A DNA stretch of 63,685 bases, filler included, from Octopus bimaculoides (Eukaryota): assembly GCF_001194135.2 (NCBI RefSeq). It is 4 parts of 3 records of this genome, joined end to end, with 100 filler letters (N's around TTAATTAATTAA, not from the genome) between each part and the next. Parts side by side here need not be neighbours in the genome. Positions count along the whole stretch, not along the records: positions 3,417 to 32,693 come from NC_068984.1; 3 more parts are not named here. One strand, written 5' to 3'. Below, piece by piece: positions 12,145 through 24,410 of this stretch. Within the stretch, counting starts at the first letter, position 1. The number at the start of each line of letters is the position of its first letter. The translations under genes were made by a program, and so were the position numbers. The notes below the pieces were generated by a model. That model was not told the DNA's origin. It searched no databases and was given only the letters and a program-made list of their open reading frames with translations.

Positions 12145-14370
12145 CCCCTTTAACATTCAGTCCAGCCAAATCCGGCCTAAATTATTTCCTCTCTGTTTGT
12201 TCAAACCAGCCAAATCTGGCTATAATTGGCTTCTGTATGAAATCGCTAAAAAAATAAAACCACATTATTGAATTCTTGTAGCTTTGAGATAATGCAAGAT
12301 GAAACCTTTCCTACCTTTATTCAAAGTATAATTACCATGAAATTTCTGAGACCACATGGTTTTTTCAACGTTTAAAGTGTGTATATTAGTATTTATCAAT
12401 ATGGCGTCAGCAAGTAGCAATTCAGACTTTCAAGGTTTTACTCTTGATATACAAAATGTAAAAGAAAATGATTTGTCTTCAGGCAAATCTAATATTGGTG
12501 TTAATGAATTTTTCTCGGATGAGAAAGACTTTGATAATGATGAAAGTGACAATATTCAAAGCATCTTGGCAACATGGTCAAAAATTACAACATCAGCCAC
12601 AATTCAAGATTTAACATAATCTGCCTCCCAATGTTCAACCATTGGACTATTTATTTTTATTTTTACCAGAAGTTTTTTTTTTTTCAAAACTGTTGCAGAA
12701 GAAACAAATAAATATGCCCAACAAATGATTTCTGTTCATAGAAGACCTGATCCATTATGGCAGCTAACCAATGCTGCAGAAATGTAAACTTTTTTTTACC
12801 ATAAACATTGTTTGGTATCAAGCAAGTTTCCTTGATTGTGGAACTACTGGAGTTCCGATATAAGGTATGGTAATCCATGTATATTATATGTATTATGTCA
12901 CAAACAAGGTATTCAAAAATATCTCAATATTTACATTTTTCTGATTTTGCTAATACCCGCAGTAAGAGTGAACCAAACTATGATTTCAATATAAAATGTA
13001 TCCAATTATTGATTTACTTTCTGAAAAATATAAAACTATGTATCTGCTTGGGAAAAATCTCAGTGTAGAAGCCATGATAGATTATAAGGGTAAGATACAT
13101 TTTCGGCAAAACATGCCTGTTAAACTGACTACATGGGACATCAAGGTATAGGAGGTATGTGAATCAGATACAGGGTATTGTGCAAATTTTGTGGTTTACA
13201 CAGGGCAAAAATATAATGGAGACAGACTAGATAGATTGGGGTATGATGTTGTATGGTCTCTAACTGAACCATTTCACCATCAACACCAACGCTCATATTT
13301 TAACTGTTTATTTTCTACTCAGTGGCTTTGGCAGAACATCTTGCCAGTGTAAGCACTTCCATGTGTAGTACTGTGATGAGCAATTGCAAAGGGCTACCTC
13401 GTGAAATAAAAACAACCAAATTAAAAAAAGAGGAGGCATTCTTCAGATGCAAAACGAACATTTGCTAGTTACAGTATACAAGGGCAAAAGACAAATTTTA
13501 GCTTTGTCTACCAATGAACAACCTGGTGTTAGTACTGAGAGGAAACCTAAAGTAAATATATGGGTGGTGACAATAAACCCAATCCAGTTGGATTATCTGG
13601 AATGAAATGGTGAGGTACATTTTGTGGTTTTTAGTCAATTTAACTATTTTTAATTCATATATTGTTTATGTAAAAAGCCACAAGGTACCTCCACCACCAA
13701 AGGATTACAGCCATATGAAATTTCAGGTTGAAATTGCATCTCAGTTACATGAGGGCTTTTCTTCCAGAAAGCACAGAACTGGGGGAAAAGCAAAAGTAAC
13801 TGAGGTGGACATCAACAGAGAAAATATTAACTTCCATAAAGTGGAAAAAATAAATGGGAGAAAGAAAGTTAGATTGTGTTCACTACAAAAGAGAAAAACA
13901 GCTAAAAAGTATCAGGTCAAAACTTTGTTTGCGTTCATTATGCCAAGTGCCCTCATGTAAAGGGTGCTCTGGACAATTCCAAGACAGAAATATGACATAA
14001 AGGTGAGAAATGCATATTAATTTTCAGTATGTTACACACCTGTATTCACTTTTATTTCACCAGTTATTGAGCTTTTTTGCTAGATGCATTTTGTTATGTA
14101 AATGTACTCATTAAATCGTATAGCAATGGTAAATTGACTAGTAAAAGAGCTTTATACTTTTTACCTGCCCATAAAAGTCAAATTTAATCAAAAAGATCAG
14201 CTAAAATTACATAACTGTAAACCATGGCATCTAAGCACCCACTGACAAAATTTCAAGTGTGTGTAAGAAATTAACAAAGTTACAAATATTTGGACACCCT
14301 CCTTGAACCTGATTAATTCAAAATAATGTGACCAAATAAGCATTATATTTTACAGATAAATCTGAATGCA
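12145..14370 (+). mobile_element. piggyBac-like (PGBD4-type) transposon fossil; coding relic ~12400-13990
   Basis: EAMIDYKGKIHFRQNMPVKLTTWDIKV*EVCESDTGYCANFVVYTG (cf. DEAMVPFKGR..FRQYMP.KP.KWGIK), acidic N-terminus and decayed Cys-rich tail. Outer limits rest on weak terminal matches (cattcag 12154-12160 / ctgaatg 14362-14368). Confidence 0.8.
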
Positions 14371-14821
14371 ACCTATACAGACAGGTGAACATAACATGAC
14401 AAGCAAAAGTCAATAAAAAAAGGTAAAAATATATTCACAATAAACACCAATAATCATTATTCCATATCAGCAAATTTTATCAAAATTCATGGAATAGTTA
14501 TACCATTATTATTTTTGTACTAGACAGACAGCATTTCACCAAAATCTTTAGTTTCTAACCGGACTAGGAGGTTTATATAGAGAAAGCATTAAAGTGATTA
14601 TAGCTATTGGAAAATCGATTTAACAGAAAATTCTTGTGAAATTTCAGGATATTCTTCACAACTAATATATATGTATGTTACTTTTTGTATGAGTGAGCAT
14701 ATGTATAAATCTATCTGTTACAATTTGATCTCATTCACCTGTTTATTACATGAAAAATTAACTGAATCACAAGATCATAAGAACAAAAAATATAATGTAA
14801 GTTGAATATATATATACTAAC

Positions 14822-14911
14822 ACCTGTTTTGTTTGACTTGTATGATACACTCAAATCTTCTTCACTTTCACTGCTGTATGTCACTTTTGATGTTCTTTTC
14901 AGCTGCTTTGT
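14822..14911 (-). CDS. RNF113A: RNF113A/CWC24-like, upstream internal exon (90 nt, phase 0/0)
   Basis: Encodes TKQLKRTSKVTYSSESEEDLSVSYKSNKTG (cf. human KT...SSEEEEE..LGVVYKSTRSA). Acceptor ttgttAG, donor GTtagt. Splices in frame to the 8064 exon giving YKSNKTG|KRDGPNDM. Confidence 0.82.
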
Positions 14912-15469
14912 CTAACAAGATATTAAACATATACATAAATAGAAAGAGAGAGAGAGGGGGGGGGAGAGACAGACAAATAGATAGATAGATAGATAGACAG
15001 ATATACATGTGAGAAAAAATACATATATTAAAAGGACCAAGTTAATTAGGACATTAGTTTTTGCAGATTGGTTTATCTCTACATCCACACACACACACAC
15101 ATACAAATAAGGATACATATACACAAAACTGCGTTCATGACAAATTACATAGATGCATGACAAGATTCAATGACTAATGGATGAATTGGTAGAGTCAGAT
15201 AAAATTCTTTGTGGCATTTAATAAAGATTTTAGTCATGAAATTACACCTAGGTCAACTCTGCCTTTCACCTTTCTGAGATTACTAGACTTGATGCAATTA
15301 TACATACACATATAAAAGCTGTGGCCCAGTATGGCCACAGACAGGTACTAGTTAAGACAAAAGGCCAAGTTATACATATACATATACCAATGTGTGCGCA
15401 GCAATCACACATACAAAGAAATGTATCTATCATTTCTCATGAAGAAAAACTGGAGGAAAGTGACTGTGA

Positions 15470-15520
<51 letters not shown>

Positions 15521-15919
15521 TCCCCCAGGGGCTGCTGTTATAGACACCAACAGTGCCAGCTCAGATGTTACTGAGGTACTCCTAACATTGGATCATTATC
15601 AGCAATTTACAAAAGTGTGTGCTGAAACTGAAAGAAACCCACTTATATAAACAAATATTTGTATGTTTGTTTACATTACTAGTCTATGAAAATCACAAGC
15701 TAGAAGCAACATTCTTCTCAGCTTATATTCTGTTGACAAATCATCCACTGGCTTTGAAAGTCATAAAAAAAAACAAGATTACTGAAAAAAAGGGTAAAAG
15801 CTGTACAAGAATGTCTCAAAATTATATGTCTAACAAATGCTAGCATTGGAAAATGGGCATTTAAATGAATGAAAATATGAAAATATATATTTATACATAC
15901 ACACAAAATTATATATGTC

Positions 15920-15990
<71 letters not shown>

Positions 15991-16273
15991 NNNNNNNNNN
16001 NNNNNNNNNNNNNNNNNNNNNNNNNNNNNNNNNNNNNNNNNNNNNNNNNNNNNNNNNNNNNNNNNNNNNNNNNNNNNNNNNNNNNNNNNNNNNNNNNNNN
16101 NNNNNNNNNNNNNNNNNNNNNNNNNNNNNNNNNNNNNNNNNNNNNNNNNNNNNNNNNNNNNNNNNNNNNNNNNNNNNNNNNNNNNNNNNNNNNNNNNNNN
16201 NNNNNNNNNNNNNNNNNNNNNNNNNNNNNNNNNNNNNNNNNNNNNNNNNNNNNNNNNNNNNNNNNNNNNNNNT

Positions 16274-17035
16274 AACAACCTCGCTCCAATGATTTTCTAA
16301 TGTGCCACCAGCACAAGTGCCAGAAGGCGACACTGGTAACGATCACGCTAAAATGGTGCTATTTACGGGCCACTAGCACGGAAGCCAGACAGCTGCTCTG
16401 GCAATGAACACGCTCAGACAGTGCTGTTAGTGCTCCACTGGCGCAGGTGCCAGTCATCGAATATGGTTCAATTACGATTTCAATTTCACTTGCCCCAACA
16501 GGTCTTCACAAGCAGAGTTTAGTGTACAATGAAGGAGAGGTTGGCATGGGTGCCAGTTGTTGAATTTGGTTCGATTTCAATTTCAGATTTCAAATTCACT
16601 TGCCTCAACAGGTCTTCGCAAGCAGAGTTTAGTGTCCAATTAAGTAATGATACGAATAAGTGAGCTGGCTACACTTCTGGCAGAGATCACAGATTATACT
16701 CTTACTTGCCTTGCCGGGTCTTTTCATGTACTGCATACTTCTAAAGGTCCCGGTCACTGGACATTGCCTCGGTGAGGCCTAATGTTCGTAGGTCGTGCTT
16801 CACCACCACATCCCAGGTCTTCCTGGGTCTACCTCTTCCACAGGTTCCCTCAACCGCTAGGGTGTGGCACTTTTTCACACAGCTATCCTCATCCATTCTT
16901 NNNNNNNNNNGGCACTTTTTCACACAGCTATCCTCATCCATTCTTGCCACATGTCCATACCAGCGCAATCGTCTCTCTTGCATGCCACAACTGATGCTTC
17001 TTAGGTCTAACTTTTCTCTCAAGGTACTTACACTC
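16274..17035 (-). mobile_element. RTE LINE 3' fragment (ORF end plus repeat-containing 3' UTR)
   Basis: QERRLRWYGHVARMDEDSCVKKC..GRGRPRKTW. The sequence on both sides of the 10-N gap at 16901 is duplicated, probably an unmerged contig overlap. Confidence 0.88.
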
Positions 17036-17242
17036 AGTCGAGTATATATAAGTAACAATGTCTGAATAGCTCAAGAGTGGATTATATACTCAGCTGGGTC
17101 AAATTGTCTGCATTCACTACAAGAATGTCATTCTGTCGGTCCTTCTGTACCAAAGTTGATATTTACATAATACTGTTGTGTGAGTATATTATTCCAACCT
17201 AATGAGGTGCCTCAACATAAGTACCTGATTCAACTGAATCTT

Positions 17243-17790
17243 ATCATCATCATTGTCATTTTACATTCATTGTCCCTGCTGGCATGGGTTGGATGGTTTC
17301 GCTAGGGCTGGCAAGCTGGAAGGCTGCACCAGACTCCATCTGATTTGGCATGGTTTCTACAACTGGATGCCCTTCCTAATGCCAACCACTCCGGGAGTGT
17401 AATGGGTGCTTTCATGTACCACTGGAATGGGTGCCATTAGTATAACACCAGTATCTGCTATGACTGTGATTTACTTGGCTTGATGGGTCTTCTTCTCAAG
17501 CACGACATAATGCCAAAGGTTACAGTCATTCATTATTGAGGCCCAACACTTGAAAGGAGCTTTTCACGTGCCACCAGCATTGGCCATTTTGTCTCTATGA
17601 GGCCCAATGCTTGAAAGGTGCTTTTTACATGCCAGTTACGTGACACCAACATTGGCCACGACTATGATTTCACTTGGCTTGACAGGTCTTCTCAAGCACA
17701 GCACATCACCAAAGGTCTTGGTTACTTAGTCATTGCCTCTGTGAGGCCCAAAGTTGGAAGATCAAGCTTCACCACCTCGTTCCATGTCTT
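17243..17790 (-). mobile_element. RTE-related 3' UTR/tail copy (variant subfamily)
   Basis: (CAT)n tail, then ...gtttctacaactggatgcccttcctaatgccaaccactcc, shared with the copies at 22551 and 25058. Confidence 0.75.
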
Positions 17791-17799
17791 CCTGGACTA

Positions 17800-18030
17800 T
17801 TCTTTTCTTCTTTTACTGGTTTCAGTCCTTTGACTGCAGCCATGCTGGAGCACCACCTTTTAGTAGAGGAAATCAACCCCAGGACTTATTCTTTGTAATC
17901 CCAGTACTTATTCTATCAGTCTCTTTTGCCACACTGCTAAGTTAAGGGGACTTAAACACACCAACATCAATTGTCAAGCATTGGTGGTGGGGTGACAATT
18001 ACAGACACAGAGACACACACGTAAATACAC
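17800..18030 (-). mobile_element. SINE family B, 3' part, CpG-decayed
   Basis: Aligns with 48700-48905 and 56095-56290 (gactgc.gccatgctggagcacc.cc). Confidence 0.8.
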
Positions 18031-18045
18031 ACATATATATACATA

Positions 18046-18690
18046 TTGTATAGTGAAACTGTATACCCCTCCAGTAAAAAGTGGAAGGAACCAGTCATTA
18101 TAAATAGACCAGTAGCCAGTCATCAAGAGAGAGTCAACAGTTTAGGAATTTTGAGAGTAGACAGTTCTAGTCTGTATCTTGTGGAGCTATCAGCAATAGT
18201 AAAACTGAAGAAGTTAGTGTATGACTATTCCGATACTAAAAGATACAACAGTATCCAATGACTAGTAACTACTGTCGCTACGAGCATAAAACAGCAACTA
18301 CAGTACAACGGCAGTAACAGAAAACAAATTTATGAAGAAACACAACAGTACCCAATGACCAGTAATTATTGTGGCTACTAGCATAAAACAGCAACTACAG
18401 TACAATGTAGTCACACATCACACCAGTGGAAGGAACCCACTTTACAACAGTGGCAACAAGGAAAAACAAATTTACATGGAGTGAAAAAAGAAACATTCAC
18501 ATGGATAGTTTAAACTAATTCATGTAGAAAATTAAGTAACACAACAAAAAAGAAACAAATATCTTGTGCAAACTTACAAAAATTGTAAAATATAAAAGAC
18601 TTCTTAGCTGGGGTAGTTGAGTTGGAAAAACAGTAACAACAACAACTCAAGGAACAACGAGAACAATAACAAGGATTGCAGCAGCAAATG
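18046..18690 (+). mobile_element. Possible LTR-retrotransposon relic (LTR-like leader plus Q-rich gag-like start)
   Basis: tataaata at ~18099, a ~97-bp internal direct duplication (18246-18310 vs 18343-18407), and interrupted frame DFLAGVVELEKQ*QQQLKEQREQ*QGLQQQML. Confidence 0.3.
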
Positions 18691-20674
18691 TTGAGTGTGG
18701 CAACAAGCACACTCAAAAGGTGTTTATTACATGCCACTTGCAAGGGAGCTAGCCTGGTAGCACTGGCAACAACCACGCTCAAATGTTGTTTTTCACGTAC
18801 CACAGGCACATGTGCTAGTGAAGCAACGCTGGCAACGATCACACTCGAATGGTGCTTTTAACGTTCCATTGGCACGAGTGCCAATCAGGTGGTACTGTCA
18901 TCGGCCACATCAGTGATTTTAATTTCACTTCCATCAACAGGTCTTCGCAAACAAAGTTTATTGTCCAATGAATGAAGGGTACTCATAAGTGGCCTGGATA
19001 TACACCACTGGCATAGGCCATGGGTTATGGTCTCACTTGGCTTGTCAGGTCTTCCCAAGCATGGCGTATCTCCAAAGGTCTGTCACTAACTATTGCCTTG
19101 GTGAGGGCCAATGTTCAAAGGTTGTACTTCACCATCTCATCCCACTTCTTCCTGGGTCTACCTCTTCCACAGGTTCTCCTCAACTCTTAGGGTGTGACAC
19201 TTTTTCACACTGCTGTCCTCATCCATTCACAAGGCATGACCATACCAGCGCAGTCGTCTCTCTTGCACACCACATCTGATGCTTAAGTTCAACTTTTCTG
19301 TCAGGGCACTTACACTCTGTCATGTATGCACACCGAGATTACACATCCAGCAGAGGACACTGGCTTCATTCCTTACAAGCTTACACATGTCCTCAGCAGT
19401 CACGGCCCATGTTTCACTGCCATGTAGCATAGCTGTTCGTACACATGCATCATACAGTCTACCTTTTACTCTGAGTGAGAGGCCCTTTATCACCAGCAGA
19501 GGTAGGAGCTCTTTGAACTTTGCACAAGCTATTCTTATTCTAGCAGTTCCACTTTCAGAGTATCCACCCCAGCTACTGACTTGGTCTTCCTTTGATATTG
19601 CGGCACCTCTTATGTGTGCATAGCTTACACTGGGTACATCTTATGGAGTTTCTATCTACAGATCAAGCAAGGCCATCTATCTGAAGGGATCTGTGGTTTG
19701 TCTGCCTTCCTACTTATTAAGACTTTGGTTTTAGCGAGGTTGACTCTAAGGCCCTTCAGTTCTAATGCTTGCTTCCACCCCTGAAACTTTCCCTCTAGTT
19801 CTGGTAGTGGCTCAGCAATTAGAGCAAGGTCATCAGCATAGAGGAGCTCCCATGGGCATCCTGTCTTCAATTCCTGTTATTGCCTGGAAGACTATGATGA
19901 ATAAGAGGGGGTTGAGCACTGATCCTTGGTGGACCGCTACCTATACCCGGAATTCTTCACTGTACTTGTTACCAGCCCTCACCTTACTGACAGCATCCTT
20001 GTACATTGCTCGCACAGCTCTCACAAACCATTCATCTCTCCCTAGTTTCCTAATTGACCACCAGATAAGGGATAGGGGGACCCTGTCAAAGGCTTTCTCC
20101 ATGTCAATGAAAGCCAGGTACACAGGTTTATCTTTGGCTAGGTATTTCTCCTGCAGCTGTCTTATTAGAAATATAGCATCAGTGGTGCTTTTCCCTGGCA
20201 CGAATCCAAACTGCATGTCATCTAAGCTGACACTCTCCCTAATTAGTTGGGCTATGACACTTTCTGTGACCTTCATTACCTGATTCAATAACTTGATACC
20301 TCTGTAATTATTTGTATCTAAAGTATCACCTTTACCTTTGTAGCAGTTGACTATGGTGCTGCTACACCAGTCACTGGGTATCTCTCCTACAACATCACAA
20401 TTCTCTCTCACACAATGTCTTGCAACACGAAATACCTCAAGTCTTTGGTCCTCACAGCGCAGAACATTGGCAATTTTTTTCTTATCTGCTTCCCATCTGG
20501 ATAAATAAACCTGTCTCCTAGCATCCCGTCTGGCAGTCTGATACAATTCCCTGATACCACCGTTCTTCCAGTCCTCCCAAACACATTTCTTTTCCCTAAT
20601 GGCCGTATCAACAACATTGTACCGCCACATTACCTTGGGTTGAGAGGGGACTTTGCACCATCCACAGATCTGGT
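18690..20674 (-). mobile_element. RTE LINE fragment with RT domain, decayed
   Basis: CYKGKGDTLDTNNYRGIKLL, QFGFVPGKSTTDAIFLIRQLQEK, AFIDMEKAFDRVP, ELLYADDLAL. Confidence 0.95.
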
Positions 20675-20824
20675 NNNNNNNNNNNNNNNNNNNNNNNNNN
20701 NNNNNNNNNNNNNNNNNNNNNNNNNNNNNNNNNNNNNNNNNNNNNNNNNNNNNNNNNNNNNNNNNNNNNNNNNNATATATATAATATTTTACATTATATT
20801 TTGACATTTATAGGCATTTTAATG

Positions 20825-20906
20825 GACCATTCCAATATTCGCAGTTTTTCACTATTCGCGGATGCTCTAGGAACATAACCCCTGTGAATACTGGGGGACT
20901 ACTGTA
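20825..20906. mobile_element. Right terminus of a Tigger/pogo-like non-autonomous DNA transposon
   Basis: ...ctgtgaatactgggggactactg followed by TA, resembling a CAGTAGTCCCCC-type TIR. The other end was not seen. Confidence 0.5.
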
Positions 20907-21364
20907 TAACTAGAGTTGTTCTAAAAATTTCATTGCATCACTAACACATGTCAACATTAGCGAACTCAGATATAAGTCTGCAGTAAATGCTTCTTTTGAC
21001 TGTAACTCCTTAAGACCTAATACATGCCCTTCAAATCTTTCATTATTTGCTATATCATTTATCTTGACAGATAGCTTTTAACAAACAACCTTGGTTTAAT
21101 CACTAATTCCTTCAAACCCAGATTCAGCATTTTTAGAACCTCCACCTAGAAAAAAAATGACACCACTTTGTTTAGGTATTTAAGGTCTTTCAATGACAGA
21201 AATATAAACAATTATAAGTGTTTGTGGATGTATCAGCAATTCACCTTATTGCTAATCATCAGAGATTGGTGTCCAGTATGTCACTGAATTGACAACAATT
21301 TTTGTTGTATCATAGCTATATCCTTAATAAATATTGTCTTGTAAGCACAAAAAGAAATTCTTGT

Positions 21365-21480
21365 ATGGGAAGAGGTTAGTTGATTATTTCAATCCCAGAA
21401 CTTGAATGGTACTATATTTTATTGACCTCAGAACTATGACAGGTGAAGTTGACCTTAGCAGAATTTGCACTCAGGTGATA
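21365..21480 (-). mobile_element. SINE family A, old degenerate copy
   Basis: Weak match to tttatcgaccccgaaaggatgaaaggcaaagtcgacctcggcggaatttgaactcag. Confidence 0.55.
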
Positions 21481-21817
21481 TAGAGAACAAAGAAAGGCTG
21501 CAACATATTTTATCTGATGCACAAACAATACTGTCAATCTACCTCTACTCTTTAATTGATGGCAAATTTTTTATACATTATTAATACATGTGAGTGCTGT
21601 ATTCACAAGAAATAGACAATAAGAATAGATTATTTCAAAGTTTTCTTGTATGAAATGTTTTTTCTGACAATGATTATAAATGCTATCTCATAAAAACTGA
21701 TTCTTGATACTGATTTTTAAATTTTATTTTAAATATTTTGATATAGTTTGCTATTTTCTTGATACATATTATATACTTTTTTATTATATAATATCAATTC
21801 AAATTTGTCTTAATTAG

Positions 21818-21918
21818 TTTGGAAAGATCCTGACATTGTGTTAGTCCATGATGCAGTCCGCCCATTAATTAATGAGTCCATCATCCAACAAGTTGCAGTT
21901 GCAGCTAAGAAATATGGT
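21818..21918 (+). CDS. CRPPA: D-ribitol-5-phosphate cytidylyltransferase (CRPPA/ISPD-like), internal exon (101 nt, phase 1/0)
   Basis: Encodes WKDPDIVLVHDAVRPLINESIIQQVAVAAKKYG with the IspD-family HDAVRP motif (human KPEVVIIHDAVRPFVEE...AAKEHG). Acceptor ttAG, donor GTatgt. Confidence 0.9.
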
Positions 21919-22280
21919 GTATGTATTTACAATTTGTATGTTTACAATATTTTCTGCTGAAACTATTTTATTCCATATCTAATTAAAACACACTGCCATT
22001 TTCAATTCTTATTAATTTTTTTTTTAATTTGTAATTTAAACAATGTAATTTAACCAAATTATTTTGAAGTAAATGTCAGAAAACACAGTTAATATATGGA
22101 AAACTAAAATGTTTTCTTATGATACAATTATGTCTTTTCTCATTTTAAATCCTGACTCAACCAACATATCTTAAGGTTTTGAAAATAGCCATTAATTTCA
22201 ATGAGCTCTTTTGAGTTCTGGTTATTTTATAGTATGTCTTTGGTTTTAGACTTTATGTCTGTTTCTTTTACTCTGTAGAC

Positions 22281-24066
22281 CAGGGGTGTGAATCTCATTT
22301 GGCCATATTCATGTGTAGTGGATGAGATTTCATGGGCTTGGTAGGAAAAATATTTTTAAAGACCCTATTCACAATGTGCAGTGTGAATGAATAAAGGGGT
22401 CAATATGCATTTGAACAACTTTATTAATAATAAAAATAAAAAGGATATGTGGTGTTAGCAAAGTTTGTGTGTGCAGAAAAGTGTGGAAAAAATTCATCTA
22501 TATGTTATACATAATACAGGCCTATTAAGTAACAGTTCTTGGAATAAGTACATCATCATCATCATTGTCTAACGTCCGCTTTCCATGCTCAGTCAGTTTG
22601 ACTGAGGACTGGTGAGCCAGAGTCTGCACTAGGCTCAATCTGGTCTGGCAAAGTTTCTACAGCTGGATGCCCTTCCTAACGCCAACCACTCCAAGAGTGT
22701 AGTGTGTGCTTTTTACATGCCACCAGCATGAGGGCCAGTCAGGCGGTTCTGGCAATGTCCATGCTCACGCTCAAAAAGTGTTTTTACATGCTACCTGCAC
22801 AGGAGCCAGCCCAGCAGCACTGGCAGTGACCATGCTTGAATGTTGTTTTTCGCGTGCTACCAGCACATGTGCCGGTAAGGCAACGCTGGCTACGATCATG
22901 CTCAAATGGTGCTTTTCACGTGTCACCGGCACGATTGCCAATCCGTGGCCCTAGCAATGATCATGCTTGGATGTGCTTTTAACGTTCCACTGGCACGCGT
23001 GCCAATCAGGTGGTAGTGTCATCGACCACATCAGTGATTTTGGTTTGTTTACACTTGCCTCAATAGGTCTTCACAAGCAAAGTTCATTGTACAATGAATG
23101 AGGGGTACTCATAAGTGGCCTGGTTACACCCCACATTCGGATGTGCTTTTAACGTTCCACTGACATGAGTGCCAATAAGGCAGTACTGTTGTCGGCCACG
23201 TCAGCAATTTTGATTTTGATTTCACTTGCCTCAATAGGTTTTCACAAGCAAAGTTTATTGTCCAGTGAATGAGGGGTATTCATAAATGGGCTGATTACAA
23301 CCAGTGGCATAGGCCATGGGCTATGGTCTCATTTGGCTTGTCGAGTTTTCTCAAGCACAGCATATCTCCAAAGGTCCCGGTCACTAGTCATTGCCTCAGT
23401 AAGGCCCAATGTTTGAAGGTCGTGCTTCATAACCTCATCCCAGGTTTTCCTGGGTCTACCTCTTCCACAGGTTCCCTCAACTGCTAGGGTGTGACACCTT
23501 TTCACACAGCTGTCCTCATTCATTCGCAACACATGACCATACCAGCACAGTCGTCTCTCTTGCACACCACATCTGATGCTTCTTAGAAATAGAAATTATC
23601 CAAACGAATGCATACAATTTTTAAGAAAACCAATGCTTGATAGAAAATTTGTTTTGTTTCAGCAGCAAAAACTTTCAATATCATTCATATCACTTGAATC
23701 TGTGAAGATGAACCAGCCAGTGTATAAATTTGGAAAGAAAAAAAAATTCCTTTTGGCTTGATGTTTATAGAAAAAGTGAAGTAGAAATAGGTCACATGTT
23801 TTAGAATGTGAATTCATAAGCTGTTTTTTGATTAATTGAAATAACAAAAAAATCACCTAAGAAGCACTCATTTGACTAATTAGAACCTATGTTAATCAAA
23901 ACTTTAGTCAGGTTCCAACTCTGCATGCTAATAATGTGTATTCTGCAGCAGATTTTAAAATTCAAAAAATGATAATTCTTTTTTTTAATAAAATTGAGCC
24001 AGGGGCCAGACCCAAACATTGCTGTAGGCTGGATCTGGCTCATGAGCCATGTGCTTGACACCTCTG
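22281..24066. mobile_element. hAT (Charlie-like) non-autonomous element, split by an RTE insertion
   Basis: TIRs caggggtgtgaa and ttgacacctctg; 8-bp TSD ctgtagac (22273-22280) vs ctgtagaa (24067-24074). Confidence 0.75.
22551..23585 (-). mobile_element. 5'-truncated RTE LINE nested in the hAT element
   Basis: (CAT)n tail, 3' UTR with tandem units, and ORF end QERRLCWYGHVLRMNEDSCVKRC..GRGRPRKTW..KTRQAK. Confidence 0.9.
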
Positions 24067-24410
24067 CTGTAGAATATACTATTTTAACAGATGATTCTAT
24101 TTGAAAACCAATTTTTATTAAAATGTCAAGATGTGGTCAATTAAGATTGCTGTTGTTAACATTTCTCTCCAGATCTGTATGCATTCCAATTGAGATCTTT
24201 CCATCTTTTAGGGTTATCTATGACCACATTATTTAATGTATCCTTACCTATATTTTAAGTTGGTATGTCATTATTTGAAGAAAATAGCTGCTATTTCTAG
24301 TAGGTTTAGCTGCCATAGAGAAGTTCCATCAATTCTATAACAGATGTTGCCATACACCACATTACAGTAATCCATAAAGTGAAATATTTATTGTTTTTTT
24401 TTTCATACAG

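Noticed and set aside
15529-15575. AG/GT-bounded segment encoding AAVIDTNSASSDVTE upstream of CRPPA
   Set aside because: Weak donor (GTactc), acceptor embedded in (TA)n, and no similarity to CRPPA.
16861-16950. Tandem duplication within an RTE
   Set aside because: The two copies are identical and flank a 10-N gap, which points to an unmerged contig overlap.
20910-21080. Minus-strand ~50-codon frame INDIANNERFEGHVLGLKELQSKEAF...
   Set aside because: No recognisable homology and does not match the RNF113 N-terminus; expected by chance.
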